DNA from: Parvibaculaceae bacterium
Lineage (GTDB): Bacteria > Pseudomonadota > Alphaproteobacteria > RS24
Direction: 5' to 3'
Assembly: GCA_965243245.1 (NCBI GenBank)
Contig: OZ251536.1
Span: forward strand, 161,638-225,637
Length of the DNA stretch: 64,000 nucleotides
Part shown: piece after piece, positions 1 to 9,676 of the stretch
Layout: every line of letters starts with the position of its first letter
How positions within the stretch are numbered: position 1 is the stretch's first letter
Program-made: the position numbers and the translations under genes
The notes under the pieces: model-generated
Databases searched by the model: none
The model's input: only the letters and a program-made list of their open reading frames with translations
What the model was told of the DNA's origin: nothing

Positions 1-157
1 CAGGGCTTATGCCATTTTTGAACATTTCAGCCTCACCTGAATGTAGCAAATGCCCATAGCCAATAGTTGATAGGCCAGCAGCATCGAGATATATTCTGGG
101 CTCAAAGCCCTCAAAGCGCTTTATCAGGTTGATCCCATGTTGCGTGACATGTCTCAT
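1..157 (-). CDS. Phage-type lysozyme (glycoside hydrolase family 24). Only the N-terminal 52 codons are present; the gene continues past the left edge.
   Basis: Reverse-strand ATG at 157-155. My translation is MRHVTQHGINLIKRFEGFEPRIYLDAAGLSTIGYGHLLHSGEAEMFKNGISP, which carries the GH24 endolysin signature (LIKxFEG...YxDxxGxxTIGYGH). It is absent from the ORF track because the window edge truncates it. Confidence 0.7.
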   Translation of the reverse strand, partial: MRHVTQHGINLIKRFEGFEPRIYLDAAGLSTIGYGHLLHSGEAEMFKNGISP

Positions 158-261
158 TTCCCGCTCCGTACTTTATTCATGGCACGTTGGCCGAAATAGA
201 AGCTGATGATGCCAGCGAAGATTGCTTGGTCCTCAACGCTCCATAAAATATCCATGTGCCA

Positions 262-352
262 TGGCAGAGAGGATGGGATTCGAACCCACGATGCGCTATT
301 AACGCATATTCCCTTAGCAGGGGAACGCCTTCAACCACTCGGCCACCTCTCT
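262..352 (-). tRNA. tRNA-Ser (anticodon GCU)
   Basis: The reverse complement folds by hand into a cloverleaf. Acceptor AGAGAGG/CCTCTCT, anticodon stem TTCCC/GGGAA with loop CTGCTAA, long variable arm ATGCG-TTAATAG-CGCAT, T arm GTGGG-TTCGAAT-CCCAT, encoded CCA. Length 91 nt. Confidence 0.9.
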
Positions 353-1002
353 ATTGTACTAACTTAAAAACACTAACCTAAAATTCAAACACCATTGTAT
401 CCATACTCTTATCAGCCTTACCGCTAGGCGGGCTAAGGTTCGTTATCACTCACCAAGCCCTTATAGCGTCAGCCACCTCTCTATTGTACTAACTTAAAAA
501 CACTAACCTAAAATTCAAACACCATTGTATCCATACTCTTATCAGCCTTACCGCTAGGCGGGCTAAGGTTCGTTATCACTCACCAAGCCCTTATAGCGTC
601 AGCCACCTCTCTATTGTACTAACTTAAAAACACTAACCTAAAATTCAAACACCATTGTATCCATACTCTTATCAGCCTTACCGCTAGGCGGGCTAAGGTT
701 CGTTATCACTCACCAAGCCCTTATAGCGTCGGCCACCTCTCTATTGTACTAACTTAAAAACACTAACCTAAAATTCAAACACCATTGTATCCATACTCTT
801 ATCAGCCTTACCGCTAGGCGGGCTAAGGTTCGTTATCACTCACCAAGCCCTTATAGCGTCGGCCACCTCTCTATTGTACTAACTTAAAAACACTAACCTA
901 AAATTCAAACACCATTGTATCCATACTCTTATCAGCCTTACCGCTAGGCGGGCTAAGGTTCGTTATCACTCACCAAGCCCTTATAGCGTCAGCCACCTCT
1001 CT
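341..1002. repeat. Tandem array of a 130-bp unit: 5 full copies plus a 12-bp partial copy. Each unit begins with the first 12 nt of the tRNA-Ser gene.
   Basis: Units start at 341, 471, 601, 731 and 861, with a partial unit at 991-1002. By eye they are identical except for the first base (g,a,a,g,g,a). Each unit begins (g/a)gccacctctct, the complement of tRNA positions 1-12. Confidence 0.95.
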
Positions 1003-1139
1003 CAACACCGTTTATCAATATTACAGGATATTTGCAAATATCAATAGGTTCTGATGCGTTCTTTTTGTATCCTAGCTTGATGCTGTCGGCAATAGGGATT
1101 ATGTTGCGCAGGAACAAAAAAATTAATGGAACTTTAGAG

Positions 1140-2012
1140 ATGTTTAAAGACTCAATTGTTGCACTGGTGACACCGTTTAAAAACCAGCGGGTTGATGAAA
1201 CAACGCTGGCGCGTCTGGTGGAGTGGCATATAGAACAGGGAACACATGGTATTGTGCCGTGCGGAACGACTGGCGAGTCGCCAACCCTTTCGCATGCAGA
1301 ACATTGCCGCGTGATTGAAATTGTGGTTGAAGCTTCGGCGGGGCGTATACCTATTATGGCGGGCGCGGGCTCTAACGCCACATTGGAGGCGTTAGAGTTG
1401 GTGGCTCATGCGTGCCAGACCGGGGCCGATGCTGCATTGATTGTGACCCCTTATTATAATAAGCCTACGCAAGCTGGCTTGATTGCGCATTTTAAAGCAC
1501 TTAATGAGGCGACTAAAATTCCGCTTTATATTTATAATATTCCGGGGCGTTCTGCGGTCGATATGACTGTTGAAACCATGAGCGAATTAGCAAAATTGCC
1601 GAATATTGTTGGGGTGAAGGATGCAACGGGTGACTTAAACCGAGTTAGCTTACAGCGGGAGGCATGTGGGAAGGATTTTATTCAATTATCGGGCGAAGAT
1701 GGCACCGCGCTTGGGTTTAATGCTCATGGTGGAAGCGGGTGTATTTCTGTGACGGCGAATGTTGCGCCAAAATTATGCGCGGACTTTCAAAGGGCGACGC
1801 GAAAGGGAGACTATACTAAGGCCTTGGCGATTCAGGATAAACTTATGCCGCTTCATACCGCTCTTTTTGTTGAAGTGGGTAATCCGGCTCCGGTGAAATT
1901 TGTTGCACAAAAATTAGGACTTTGTAATGCTGCTGTGCGGCTGCCTTTGTGTGAGATAAGCAAAACCAGTAAAACGCTTTTACGTCATGCTATGCAACAT
2001 GCAGGCTTGTAA
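1140..2012 (+). CDS. dapA: 4-hydroxy-tetrahydrodipicolinate synthase
   Basis: [13 protein letters not shown]...[15 protein letters not shown]...YNKPTQ...YNIPGRS are DapA motifs. I start at the internal ATG at 1140 (290 aa, the usual size) rather than track position 1032, because that upstream extension runs toward the repeat array. Confidence 0.93.
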   Translation: MFKDSIVALVTPFKNQRVDETTLARLVEWHIEQGTHGIVPCGTTGESPTLSHAEHCRVIEIVVEASAGRIPIMAGAGSNATLEALELVAHACQTGADAALIVTPYYNKPTQAGLIAHFKALNEATKIPLYIYNIPGRSAVDMTVETMSELAKLPNIVGVKDATGDLNRVSLQREACGKDFIQLSGEDGTALGFNAHGGSGCISVTANVAPKLCADFQRATRKGDYTKALAIQDKLMPLHTALFVEVGNPAPVKFVAQKLGLCNAAVRLPLCEISKTSKTLLRHAMQHAGL

Positions 2013-2024
2013 GGGATAAGGGCG

Positions 2025-2513
2025 ATGTCCTCTAAATCTGGTGGGCGAAAAAAATCAGCAAATGATGGCTTAATTGCTGAGAATCGGCGTGGGCGGTATG
2101 ATTATGACATTGGCGATACGCTGGAAGCTGGGCTGGTATTGCAAGGTACGGAGGTGAAAAGTCTGCGTCTTCGAAAAGCCAATATTACACATGCCTATGT
2201 CAGCATTGAAAAAGGCGAGGCTTTTTTGATGAATGCCGATATTCCCGAATATAAAATGGGCAATCGGCACAATCACAAGCCTACTCAGCCGCGCAAGCTT
2301 TTGCTGAAAAAACGCGAGCTGAACAAACTCGCCGCCGCCGTGCAACGAGAGGGAATAACAATCATTCCTCTAAAGCTTTATTTTTCTGAGAACGGTCTTA
2401 TTAAGATACTCATTGGGCAGGCAAAAGGGCGCAAAAAATCCGATAAACGGGAAAATGAAAAACGCCGCGACTGGCAACGTGCTAAAGCACGTTTAATCCG
2501 CGAGCAAAGCTAG
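2025..2513 (+). CDS. smpB: SsrA-binding protein SmpB
   Basis: IAENRRGRYDYDIGDTLEAGLVLQGTEVKSLR...PRKLLLKKRE is typical SmpB. Size fits at 162 aa. Confidence 0.95.
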   Translation: MSSKSGGRKKSANDGLIAENRRGRYDYDIGDTLEAGLVLQGTEVKSLRLRKANITHAYVSIEKGEAFLMNADIPEYKMGNRHNHKPTQPRKLLLKKRELNKLAAAVQREGITIIPLKLYFSENGLIKILIGQAKGRKKSDKRENEKRRDWQRAKARLIREQS

Positions 2514-3151
2514 GTTGCCAATGCTTTTTTTATCTGGGCAAATACATCAAAAAACATCTCGGTAGTAAGCCGCCCCGTATTGGTGTTGTAGCGCGAGCAA
2601 TGATAACTGTCATAAATCACATAGTCATTTATCTCATGGCGATGAGTGTGCCCGAACGGATAATCCTTTTGGCGCGCGCCAAAAGCTGCGATCGTGCTGT
2701 CATGGGCTATCTTACCAAGACAAAGCATAATCTTGAGGTTAGGCAATTGCTCAATGCGCGCTTTCAAATAGGGGCGACATTGCTTTATTTCGCTTCCAAT
2801 AGGCTTGTTTTGAGGTGGCACGCACCGCACAGCATTGGTGATCATCGTATTGACAAGCTCTAATTCATCATCGCCTCGTTGGTTGTACTGACCCTTTGAG
2901 AATCCAAAATGATCTAAGGTACTATAAAGTAGCTCGCCGGCCCAATCACCTGTAAATGGCCGCCCTGTCTTGTTGGCTCCGGTGACGCCGGGCGCGAGTC
3001 CAATAATCAAAAAAGAGGCATTTTCAACCCCGAAAGACGGCACAGCTCCATTAAACCAAGCGGGGTTTTTTTGTGCGTTTTCTTGCCTATAAGTGACAAG
3101 GCGCGGGCATAAAGAGCAATCTGGTTTGGCTTCAGCAGTGGTCATAATCAA
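2510..3151 (-). CDS. Uracil-DNA glycosylase, family 4/5 type
   Basis: CSLCPRL near the N-terminus, GLAPGVTGANKTGRPFTGD, and an HCS..N motif near the C-terminus. Confidence 0.8.
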   Translation of the reverse strand: MIMTTAEAKPDCSLCPRLVTYRQENAQKNPAWFNGAVPSFGVENASFLIIGLAPGVTGANKTGRPFTGDWAGELLYSTLDHFGFSKGQYNQRGDDELELVNTMITNAVRCVPPQNKPIGSEIKQCRPYLKARIEQLPNLKIMLCLGKIAHDSTIAAFGARQKDYPFGHTHRHEINDYVIYDSYHCSRYNTNTGRLTTEMFFDVFAQIKKALAT

Positions 3152-3308
3152 TTTTCATCCGTAGTTGTGATGTCAACACAATATCGTGAATGGCGGGCAG
3201 GTCAATATAGTTATCCGCTTTGCGCATTTGGCTTGTGTTATTGGGTTTTATTATTTGACAATATGGCTTATTGATTTGCTAAATGGGTTTTGCGGAAAGT
3301 TAAAAAGC

Positions 3309-3800
3309 ATGATTTTACTTGGAATTGGCTCTAATTTGCCATTTAGAGGCTTAACACCTGTTCAGCTCATTGATAGTGCAAAACACGAACTTACACGCCA
3401 TCACATTAAAATTATCAAATCATCTTCATATTATTTAACGCCGCCCATGGGTTCTAAATATCAGCCCGATTATGTGAATGCTGTTTTTTTGGTTTCAGCT
3501 AATTTTTCGCCAGAATTTTTATTGCAAAAACTGCATGCTATAGAGGCGAGCTTTGGCCGTCAAAGGCGCGCAAAATGGAGCGCACGGACATTGGATATCG
3601 ACTTGCTTGATTGGCATGGACATAGGTTATTTAAGCGTCCTAAATTACCGCACCCAGAGATGCAAAAACGGGCGTTTGTCTTGTTTCCGTTAAACGATGT
3701 AGTGCCTTGCTGGTGTCATCCAATTTCGGGGCGAACAGCACAGCAGATGCTGATGTCTCTTAGTGTGCGCGAGAGGGCGGTGGTGAAAAAACTCAGCTAA
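3309..3800 (+). CDS. folK: 2-amino-4-hydroxy-6-hydroxymethyldihydropteridine diphosphokinase (HPPK)
   Basis: ILLGIGSNL...RTLDIDLL...LPHPEMQKRAFVLFPL. The internal ATG at 3309 gives 163 aa, the usual size. The track ORF starts at a GTG at 3186. Confidence 0.85.
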   Translation: MILLGIGSNLPFRGLTPVQLIDSAKHELTRHHIKIIKSSSYYLTPPMGSKYQPDYVNAVFLVSANFSPEFLLQKLHAIEASFGRQRRAKWSARTLDIDLLDWHGHRLFKRPKLPHPEMQKRAFVLFPLNDVVPCWCHPISGRTAQQMLMSLSVRERAVVKKLS

Positions 3801-3894
3801 GTTGTTTTTTTCCTGTATGGGTTGATTTTACTTGCGAAAATTGCGCCAAAAGCCTAGGAAGTACATATCTGAACAATATTTATGAGGTGAGCAA

Positions 3895-4329
3895 ATGGCT
3901 CGTGTGACCGTTGAAGATTGCGTTGATAAAGTGCCTAATCGCTTTGAGCTTGTTCTTTATTCTGCTCACCGCGCCCGGAGTATGACTGTGGGTTCTGATA
4001 TTCTTGTTGAGCGTAACAATGACAAGAACCCTGTTGTGGCTCTGCGCGAGATTGCCGATGCAAAAATGACCCCCGAAGTGCTTCACGAAGATCTTATTAC
4101 CTCGATGCAAAAGCGCATTGAAATTGATGAGCCAGAAGAAGCTTCTTTCGCGCCTGCGCCTGTTCAGTTGCCTCATGCAGGTGTTTTTAGGAATGCGCCT
4201 AGTGAGGATACTCAAACAGACACAGAAGTTGAAGAATTACCGCAAATGAGTGAAGAAGATATTCTTGCCACATTGCAAGAAATGCAAGCTTCAACTAAAG
4301 GATCAGGTCGGGGTGGCGATAGAGATTAA
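3895..4329 (+). CDS. rpoZ: DNA-directed RNA polymerase subunit omega
   Basis: [28 protein letters not shown] is the canonical RpoZ N-terminus. The C-terminal tail is acidic. Confidence 0.93.
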   Translation: MARVTVEDCVDKVPNRFELVLYSAHRARSMTVGSDILVERNNDKNPVVALREIADAKMTPEVLHEDLITSMQKRIEIDEPEEASFAPAPVQLPHAGVFRNAPSEDTQTDTEVEELPQMSEEDILATLQEMQASTKGSGRGGDRD

Positions 4330-4368
4330 GTCTCTTTTTTGGGGTGTTCCAATCAAAGGGTTGCGGAC

Positions 4369-6525
4369 ATGATACGGCAATTTGAACTGGTTGATCGAGT
4401 CGCGTCTTATATTTCGGACCTCGATGAGGATTTCCTAAACAGAGCCTATGTGTTTGCTGTGAATAAGCATGGGTTACAAAAACGCGCATCAGGCGACCCT
4501 TATTTCTCACACCCTATCGAGGTTGCCGGTATTCTCACAGAGTTAAAGCTTGACCCTGAAACCATCGTCACGGGCTTATTGCATGATACCTTAGAAGATA
4601 CCGATGCAACGCCAACTGAAATTACTCAATTATTTGGCGCAGAAGTCACTCAGCTTGTTGATGGCGTCACGAAACTCTCTTTATTGGAAACAAAATCTAT
4701 CGGCAATCAGCAGGCTGAAAATTTCAGAAAATTTCTGGTCGCAACAGCGAGTGATATCCGTATCTTGATTGTCAAACTGGCTGACCGTTTGCACAATATG
4801 CGGACTTTACATTATATAGAATCAGAAGAAAAACGCCGCCGCATCTCGCGTGAGACAATGGATATTTATGCACCGCTTGCAGGGCGAATGGGAATCCATG
4901 CCTTTAGAGAAGAGCTTGAGGATCTTGCTTTTCGGCATTTAAACCCTGATGGATGGGAACTTGTATGCAATCGACTAAATAAACTTCAGCAGGATAATAG
5001 CGATATGCTTGATAGTATTGGCTATGATATTCACAATTTATTGGTCGAGCATGAAATTATTTCTGAAGTTTCCGGACGCCAGAAAAAGCCTTTTTCGATT
5101 TGGCGCAAAATGGAAAATAAAGCGATTGTGCTTGAACAGCTTTCAGACGTTTTTGCTATTCGTATCATTGTTGATAGCTGCGCACATTGTTATCAGGCTT
5201 TAGGGGTTATTCATACGAAATGGTCGATGGTTCCGGGCAGGTTTAAAGATTATATTTCTGTTCCTAAGAGTAACAAGTATCAATCCTTGCATACGACTAT
5301 TATTGGCCCCGGAAGCCAGCGCGTAGAGGTACAAATTAGAACCCAAGAAATGCATACTATTGCTGAAAATGGTGTTGCGGCACATTGGTTTTATAAAGAA
5401 AAAGATGGCGGCGTTAGCATTAATGATATTGAGCCGTTTAAATGGCTTCAAGAATTGGTCGGGCAGTTGAAATCGGAAAGCTCGGCGGAAGAGTTTATGG
5501 AGAATACGAAGCTTGAATTATTTCAGGACAGGGTTTTTTGTTTCACCCCGAAAGGGCGGTTGATTGCTTTGCCAGATGGGGCGACGCCGCTAGATTTTGC
5601 CTATGCTGTCCATACTGCGATTGGCAATAAATGTGTTGGTGTAAAAATTAACGGTCAGCAAATGCCTGTTCACCTGCGCCTGAAAAGTGGCGATGAAGTA
5701 GAGATTATCACGGATGATAAGGCGACTATACCTGCTGGATGGGAACAAATGGTGGTGACGGGCAAGGCGCGGGCGGCTATTCGCCATGAGTTCAGGGAAA
5801 ATGAAACGAAAAAAAACATCAAGTCAGGGCAGGAAATCGTTGAAAGTGTTTTTCGAGCCGAGGATGCCGAATTGAATAATACGGTCATTGAGCGCGCACT
5901 TGGGTTTTATGAGTGCTCTGAAATTAATGAGCTTTATCTAAAGGTTGGGCGGGGTGACATGACGGGTTCTGATATTATGACTTGTGTTTATCCTTCAAAG
6001 AGTCCGGGAAGACTTGTGCGTAATGCGGTAAAAGCATTGACGTGGCGCTCTTCTGGGCGAAAAGAAAAAACGCCTCAATTGCCGGTAAAAGGTGTTTCGT
6101 CAACAACGGTTCTGAGTATTGCGGCGCAATGTTATCCATTACCGGGCGACGATATTGTTGGGATTGCCAAGCCGGGGCTGGGTATTCATATTTATCCAAC
6201 AGATTCGCCTTTGCTCTTTGAGTTTGAAAAACACCCCGACCGCTGGATTTCTTTGCACTGGGATATTGATGAACATGATGAGCAATTTTTTGACTCCATG
6301 TTGAAACTCACCATCCATAATAAAATTGGTATATTAGGGAAAGTTTGCGATACCATTGCCTCATTTAAAGCCAATATCAGCAATCTTAGTATATTACAAA
6401 AAGATACAGATTTTTGTGACCTTCAGATTGAAATTATGGTTAAAAGTGCAAAACATTCAGATGATTTAATAACGGCATTACGCGGCAGTCGCGTGGTCAA
6501 TAAAGTTGAACGACATAAAGGCTAG
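4369..6525 (+). CDS. spoT: Bifunctional (p)ppGpp synthetase/hydrolase (RelA/SpoT homologue)
   Basis: HD hydrolase motif (HPIEVAGIL...LLHDTLEDT), synthetase region (YQSLHTTI...VEVQIRT), and TGS and ACT-like C-terminal regions. It follows rpoZ as in many bacteria. I prefer the ATG at 4369 to the TTG at 4339. Confidence 0.93.
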   Translation: MIRQFELVDRVASYISDLDEDFLNRAYVFAVNKHGLQKRASGDPYFSHPIEVAGILTELKLDPETIVTGLLHDTLEDTDATPTEITQLFGAEVTQLVDGVTKLSLLETKSIGNQQAENFRKFLVATASDIRILIVKLADRLHNMRTLHYIESEEKRRRISRETMDIYAPLAGRMGIHAFREELEDLAFRHLNPDGWELVCNRLNKLQQDNSDMLDSIGYDIHNLLVEHEIISEVSGRQKKPFSIWRKMENKAIVLEQLSDVFAIRIIVDSCAHCYQALGVIHTKWSMVPGRFKDYISVPKSNKYQSLHTTIIGPGSQRVEVQIRTQEMHTIAENGVAAHWFYKEKDGGVSINDIEPFKWLQELVGQLKSESSAEEFMENTKLELFQDRVFCFTPKGRLIALPDGATPLDFAYAVHTAIGNKCVGVKINGQQMPVHLRLKSGDEVEIITDDKATIPAGWEQMVVTGKARAAIRHEFRENETKKNIKSGQEIVESVFRAEDAELNNTVIERALGFYECSEINELYLKVGRGDMTGSDIMTCVYPSKSPGRLVRNAVKALTWRSSGRKEKTPQLPVKGVSSTTVLSIAAQCYPLPGDDIVGIAKPGLGIHIYPTDSPLLFEFEKHPDRWISLHWDIDEHDEQFFDSMLKLTIHNKIGILGKVCDTIASFKANISNLSILQKDTDFCDLQIEIMVKSAKHSDDLITALRGSRVVNKVERHKG

Positions 6526-6563
6526 AGCCATTGGCAGCGGCTTGTGAAAATGAGTACAAAGAC

Positions 6564-7160
6564 ATGAAACCAGAAAAAATATTGAAAGAATTCAAAGATG
6601 CTGGTGCATTGCTTGAGGGGCATTTTGTGCTTTCGTCAGGCTTACATAGTCGCAATTATTTGCAATGTGCGCGGGTTTTAATGAACCCTAAGCGTGCGGT
6701 GCGCTTGTGTAAGCCATTGGCAAAACAGGTTACGGATAGGCTAGGCGGTATTGATTATGTGGTCTCGCCTGCAATGGGGGGCGTGATTATTGGCTATGAG
6801 ATGGGGCGTCAACTTAATGTGCCGGCTATGTTTCTTGAGCGCATTAACGGTCATTTTGAGTTGCGCCGTGGCTTTGCATTGCCTAAAATTAACGGGCGCA
6901 AACCACGTGTTTTAATGGTTGAAGACATTGTAACAACTGGACTTTCCTCGCGTGAGGCAATCAAGGTTATTCGGGCATGTGGTGGTAATGTCATCGGGGG
7001 GGCTTGTTTGGTTGACCGCTCGAACGGTAAAGCAAAAATTGGGGTGAAGCTTTTTTTCTTAACAAAAATGAATATTGAAACATTTGATAAAAAGAACTTG
7101 CCTGAGGATTTAAAAAAAATACCCATAGAAAAGCCGGGTAGTCGTAACTTGAAAAAATGA
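6564..7160 (+). CDS. pyrE: Orotate phosphoribosyltransferase
   Basis: LLEGHFVLSSGLHSRNYLQC and the PRPP-binding motif VLMVEDIVTTGLSS. ATG at 6564; the track start at 6531 is a TTG. Confidence 0.88.
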   Translation: MKPEKILKEFKDAGALLEGHFVLSSGLHSRNYLQCARVLMNPKRAVRLCKPLAKQVTDRLGGIDYVVSPAMGGVIIGYEMGRQLNVPAMFLERINGHFELRRGFALPKINGRKPRVLMVEDIVTTGLSSREAIKVIRACGGNVIGGACLVDRSNGKAKIGVKLFFLTKMNIETFDKKNLPEDLKKIPIEKPGSRNLKK

Positions 7161-7170
7161 GATACTCAGC

Positions 7171-7731
7171 ATGTTTAAAAGACGCAAACCACAGGGATTC
7201 TTAGAGATTATCAGAGAATGGTTATGGCCTAAATCTGGTTGGAAACGGGCAACACAGTATGTTTTTCATCGGCTGATACGCCTAGATGATGGACCGCAGG
7301 CCATCGCTGTTGGGATGGCATGTGGGGCTTTTTCTTCGGCGAGTCCCTTAATTGGTACGCATTTTATCACCGCGGCTGTCCTTGCTTTGATTTTTAGAGG
7401 GAATGTGATCGCCTCCACAATTGGAACATGGGCGGGAAATCCCTTAAGTTTTCCTTTTATTTGGCTGTTTACATTCCAAATAGGGCAGGTGATTTTAGGG
7501 CGCGAGGTGACTGATGAAACACCTTATCCGAGTTTTACAATGTTATGGAATGCCCCTGATAATTTGTTTGACCAGCTGCTCTATCCGATGATTATTGGGG
7601 CTGTGCCGATTGGTTCTTTTTTGGCTTTGTTCACTTATTTTCCTTCGCTATGGCTGGTGAGAGGCTATAAGCTGGCACAAAAGCAGCGCAAGAAACGCGA
7701 AAAGTTAAAAACAGATATGGATGTAACATGA
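7171..7731 (+). CDS. DUF2062-family membrane protein
   Basis: LWPKSGWKRATQYVFHRL...GPQAIAVGMACGAFSSASPLIGTHF resembles DUF2062. Hydrophobic helices follow. Confidence 0.7.
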   Translation: MFKRRKPQGFLEIIREWLWPKSGWKRATQYVFHRLIRLDDGPQAIAVGMACGAFSSASPLIGTHFITAAVLALIFRGNVIASTIGTWAGNPLSFPFIWLFTFQIGQVILGREVTDETPYPSFTMLWNAPDNLFDQLLYPMIIGAVPIGSFLALFTYFPSLWLVRGYKLAQKQRKKREKLKTDMDVT

Positions 7732-8480
7732 CCAAGGAAAATGAATTGCGTCTTGGCGTTAATATTGATCATGTGGCAACGATTCGCAATGCGCGGGGAG
7801 GACGCCATCCTGAGCCATTACGGGCGGCGCAAATTGCTTCTCAAGCGGGGGCGGATGGGATAACGGCGCATTTAAGGGAAGACCGCAGGCATATTGGGGA
7901 TACTGATATTGAAATTCTTTCTGAAACGATTGAGCTGCCTTTGAATCTTGAAATGGCGGCCACCGATGAAATGCTTGCTCTTGCGTGCCGTCATAAGCCG
8001 CATGCTTGTTGTATTGTCCCTGAAAAACGCCAAGAAGTGACAACCGAAGGCGGCTTGGATGTCGCCGCAGAGCATAAACACCTTGCTTCATTTGTTGAAA
8101 AATTGACCACTAATGGCACGCGCGTATCTTTGTTTATTGACCCTGACCCGGTGCAAATTGCCGTTTCTAAGGCTCTTGGCGCCGCCGTGGTTGAATTACA
8201 TACAGGTGCTTATTGTGACGCTTACTTAAACAATCGGACGGACGCGCTTGCCTATGAGCTGGCCCGGTTGACAGAAGCTGCCCAACGCGCCAACGCCGCA
8301 GGGCTTGAAGTTCATGCCGGGCATGGGCTAACATATGAAATCGTCCAGCCGATTGCGCGCATTGGCGAAATTAAAGAGCTGAATATTGGTCATTTTTTGA
8401 TTGGTGAAGCGATTTTCATTGGCCTTGAAGCCGCTATTAAGCAAATGCGTAAGCTTATGAATGAAGCCCGCACCTCATGA
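7728..8480 (+). CDS. pdxJ: Pyridoxine 5'-phosphate synthase
   Basis: LGVNIDHVATIRNARGG..PEP, ITAHLREDRRHI, ELHTG, EVHAGHGL. Confidence 0.93.
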   Translation: MTKENELRLGVNIDHVATIRNARGGRHPEPLRAAQIASQAGADGITAHLREDRRHIGDTDIEILSETIELPLNLEMAATDEMLALACRHKPHACCIVPEKRQEVTTEGGLDVAAEHKHLASFVEKLTTNGTRVSLFIDPDPVQIAVSKALGAAVVELHTGAYCDAYLNNRTDALAYELARLTEAAQRANAAGLEVHAGHGLTYEIVQPIARIGEIKELNIGHFLIGEAIFIGLEAAIKQMRKLMNEARTS

Positions 8481-8902
8481 TTATTGGCATCGGCACCGAC
8501 ATGGTAGATGTGGGGCGAATTAAAAAGGCTCTTAATGATTATGATAGCCGTTTCAAAGATCGTGTTTTTACCTCAAAAGAGCAGGCATATGCTCAAAAAA
8601 AACCAAATCCAGTCGCGGCCTATGCAAAAAGATTCGCCGCAAAAGAAGCCTTCGCTAAAGCCCTTGGTGTAGGGCTACAGGGGCTGGGCGCGCCCCATTC
8701 AGATGGGCTCGCTTTTTTGGATATTGAAGTGGTCAATGACAAATATGGGAAGCCTGAAATTGTTATTGCTAAGGCAATTTTTGAAAAACTTCAGGCACGG
8801 CTTCATGATAAAAATAAAGCAGCACAAATTAAAATCCATCTTTCATTGAGTGATGAGTTACCTTTTGTGCTGGCTTATGTCATTATAGAAAAAATTTCAT
8901 AA
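8477..8902 (+). CDS. acpS: Holo-[acyl-carrier-protein] synthase
   Basis: MIIGIGTDMVDVGRI...RFAAKEAFAKALG. An ATGA overlap joins it to the pdxJ stop. Confidence 0.9.
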   Translation: MIIGIGTDMVDVGRIKKALNDYDSRFKDRVFTSKEQAYAQKKPNPVAAYAKRFAAKEAFAKALGVGLQGLGAPHSDGLAFLDIEVVNDKYGKPEIVIAKAIFEKLQARLHDKNKAAQIKIHLSLSDELPFVLAYVIIEKIS

Positions 8903-8929
8903 ATTTCCCCAAACTGATAGTCATTCTGA

Positions 8930-9676
8930 ATGTTCAAAAATAAAAACCAAGCTAAAGAGCCATCAAACAGCACATGGTATGAAAACATTAAGTCACTTAT
9001 TTTTGCTTTTGGGATTGCCCTGCTCATTAGAACACTCCTTTTTCAACCTTTCAGCATCCCTTCAGGCTCGATGTTGCCAACATTGTTGATCGGTGATTAT
9101 TTGTTTGTTTCTAAAACTGCTTATGGCTATTCCCATCACAGTATGCCTTTTAGCCCGCCTTTATTTAAGGGGCGGGTTTTTAAAGGCGATATTGAACGCG
9201 GCGATGTCGCTGTGTTTAAACTGCCGCGCGACGGGCGCACAGATTACATAAAACGGGTTATTGGACTGCCCGGAGACAGTATTCAGGTAAGAGGCGGGGT
9301 GGTATATATTAATGGCGCACCTGTAAAGCGTCAGCGCCGAGCTGTACCCGAAGGACTTCCCAAGACCACGATAGCATATCAAGAAACGCTCCCGAATGGA
9401 GTTAGCTATACGACATTGGATATGGGCTATCGTGCCATTGTTGATGATACGGGGGTTTATAGAGTCCCGCAACAGCATTATTTTGTCATGGGCGATAATC
9501 GTGACAATTCGCAAGATAGTCGGTTTTTGCGTTCAGTTGGCTATATTCCATACGAGAATTTTGTCGGCAAGGCTAGGCTTAAATTCTACTCATTTGATGA
9601 TGAGTCTCGGTTTTGGGAAGTTTGGAAATACCCTGTTGCTATACGCTGGGAGCGCATTTTTGGAGCCATTGAGTGA
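8930..9676 (+). CDS. lepB: Signal peptidase I
   Basis: SIPSGSMLPTL, YIKRVIGLPGD and GDNRDNSQDSR boxes, with an N-terminal TM segment. Confidence 0.92.
   Translation: MFKNKNQAKEPSNSTWYENIKSLIFAFGIALLIRTLLFQPFSIPSGSMLPTLLIGDYLFVSKTAYGYSHHSMPFSPPLFKGRVFKGDIERGDVAVFKLPRDGRTDYIKRVIGLPGDSIQVRGGVVYINGAPVKRQRRAVPEGLPKTTIAYQETLPNGVSYTTLDMGYRAIVDDTGVYRVPQQHYFVMGDNRDNSQDSRFLRSVGYIPYENFVGKARLKFYSFDDESRFWEVWKYPVAIRWERIFGAIE

Noticed and set aside
341-1002. Possible CRISPR arrays at this site and at the 13-bp array (54324-54505)
   Set aside because: The units are contiguous with no unique spacers, the unit sizes (130 bp, 13 bp) are wrong for CRISPR, and there are no cas genes. These are plain tandem repeats.
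1032-1139. Long N-terminal extensions in the ORF track: dapA from 1032, folK from 3186, nrdR from 26812, S8 protease from 21192, SLC13 permease from 20188, FecR-domain protein from 59557
   Set aside because: The extensions are non-conserved, and several overlap neighbouring genes or repeats. In each case an internal ATG restores the canonical protein length or a proper signal peptide.
989-1381. 130-aa minus-strand ORF spanning the end of the 130-bp array and the dapA 5' region
   Set aside because: It is antisense to a well-supported dapA and has low-complexity composition, so it is a shadow ORF. The many other antisense track ORFs inside confident genes were rejected the same way, for example 13822-14340, 29740-30249, 46099-46704, 47035-47511, 47987-48451 and 57975-58448.
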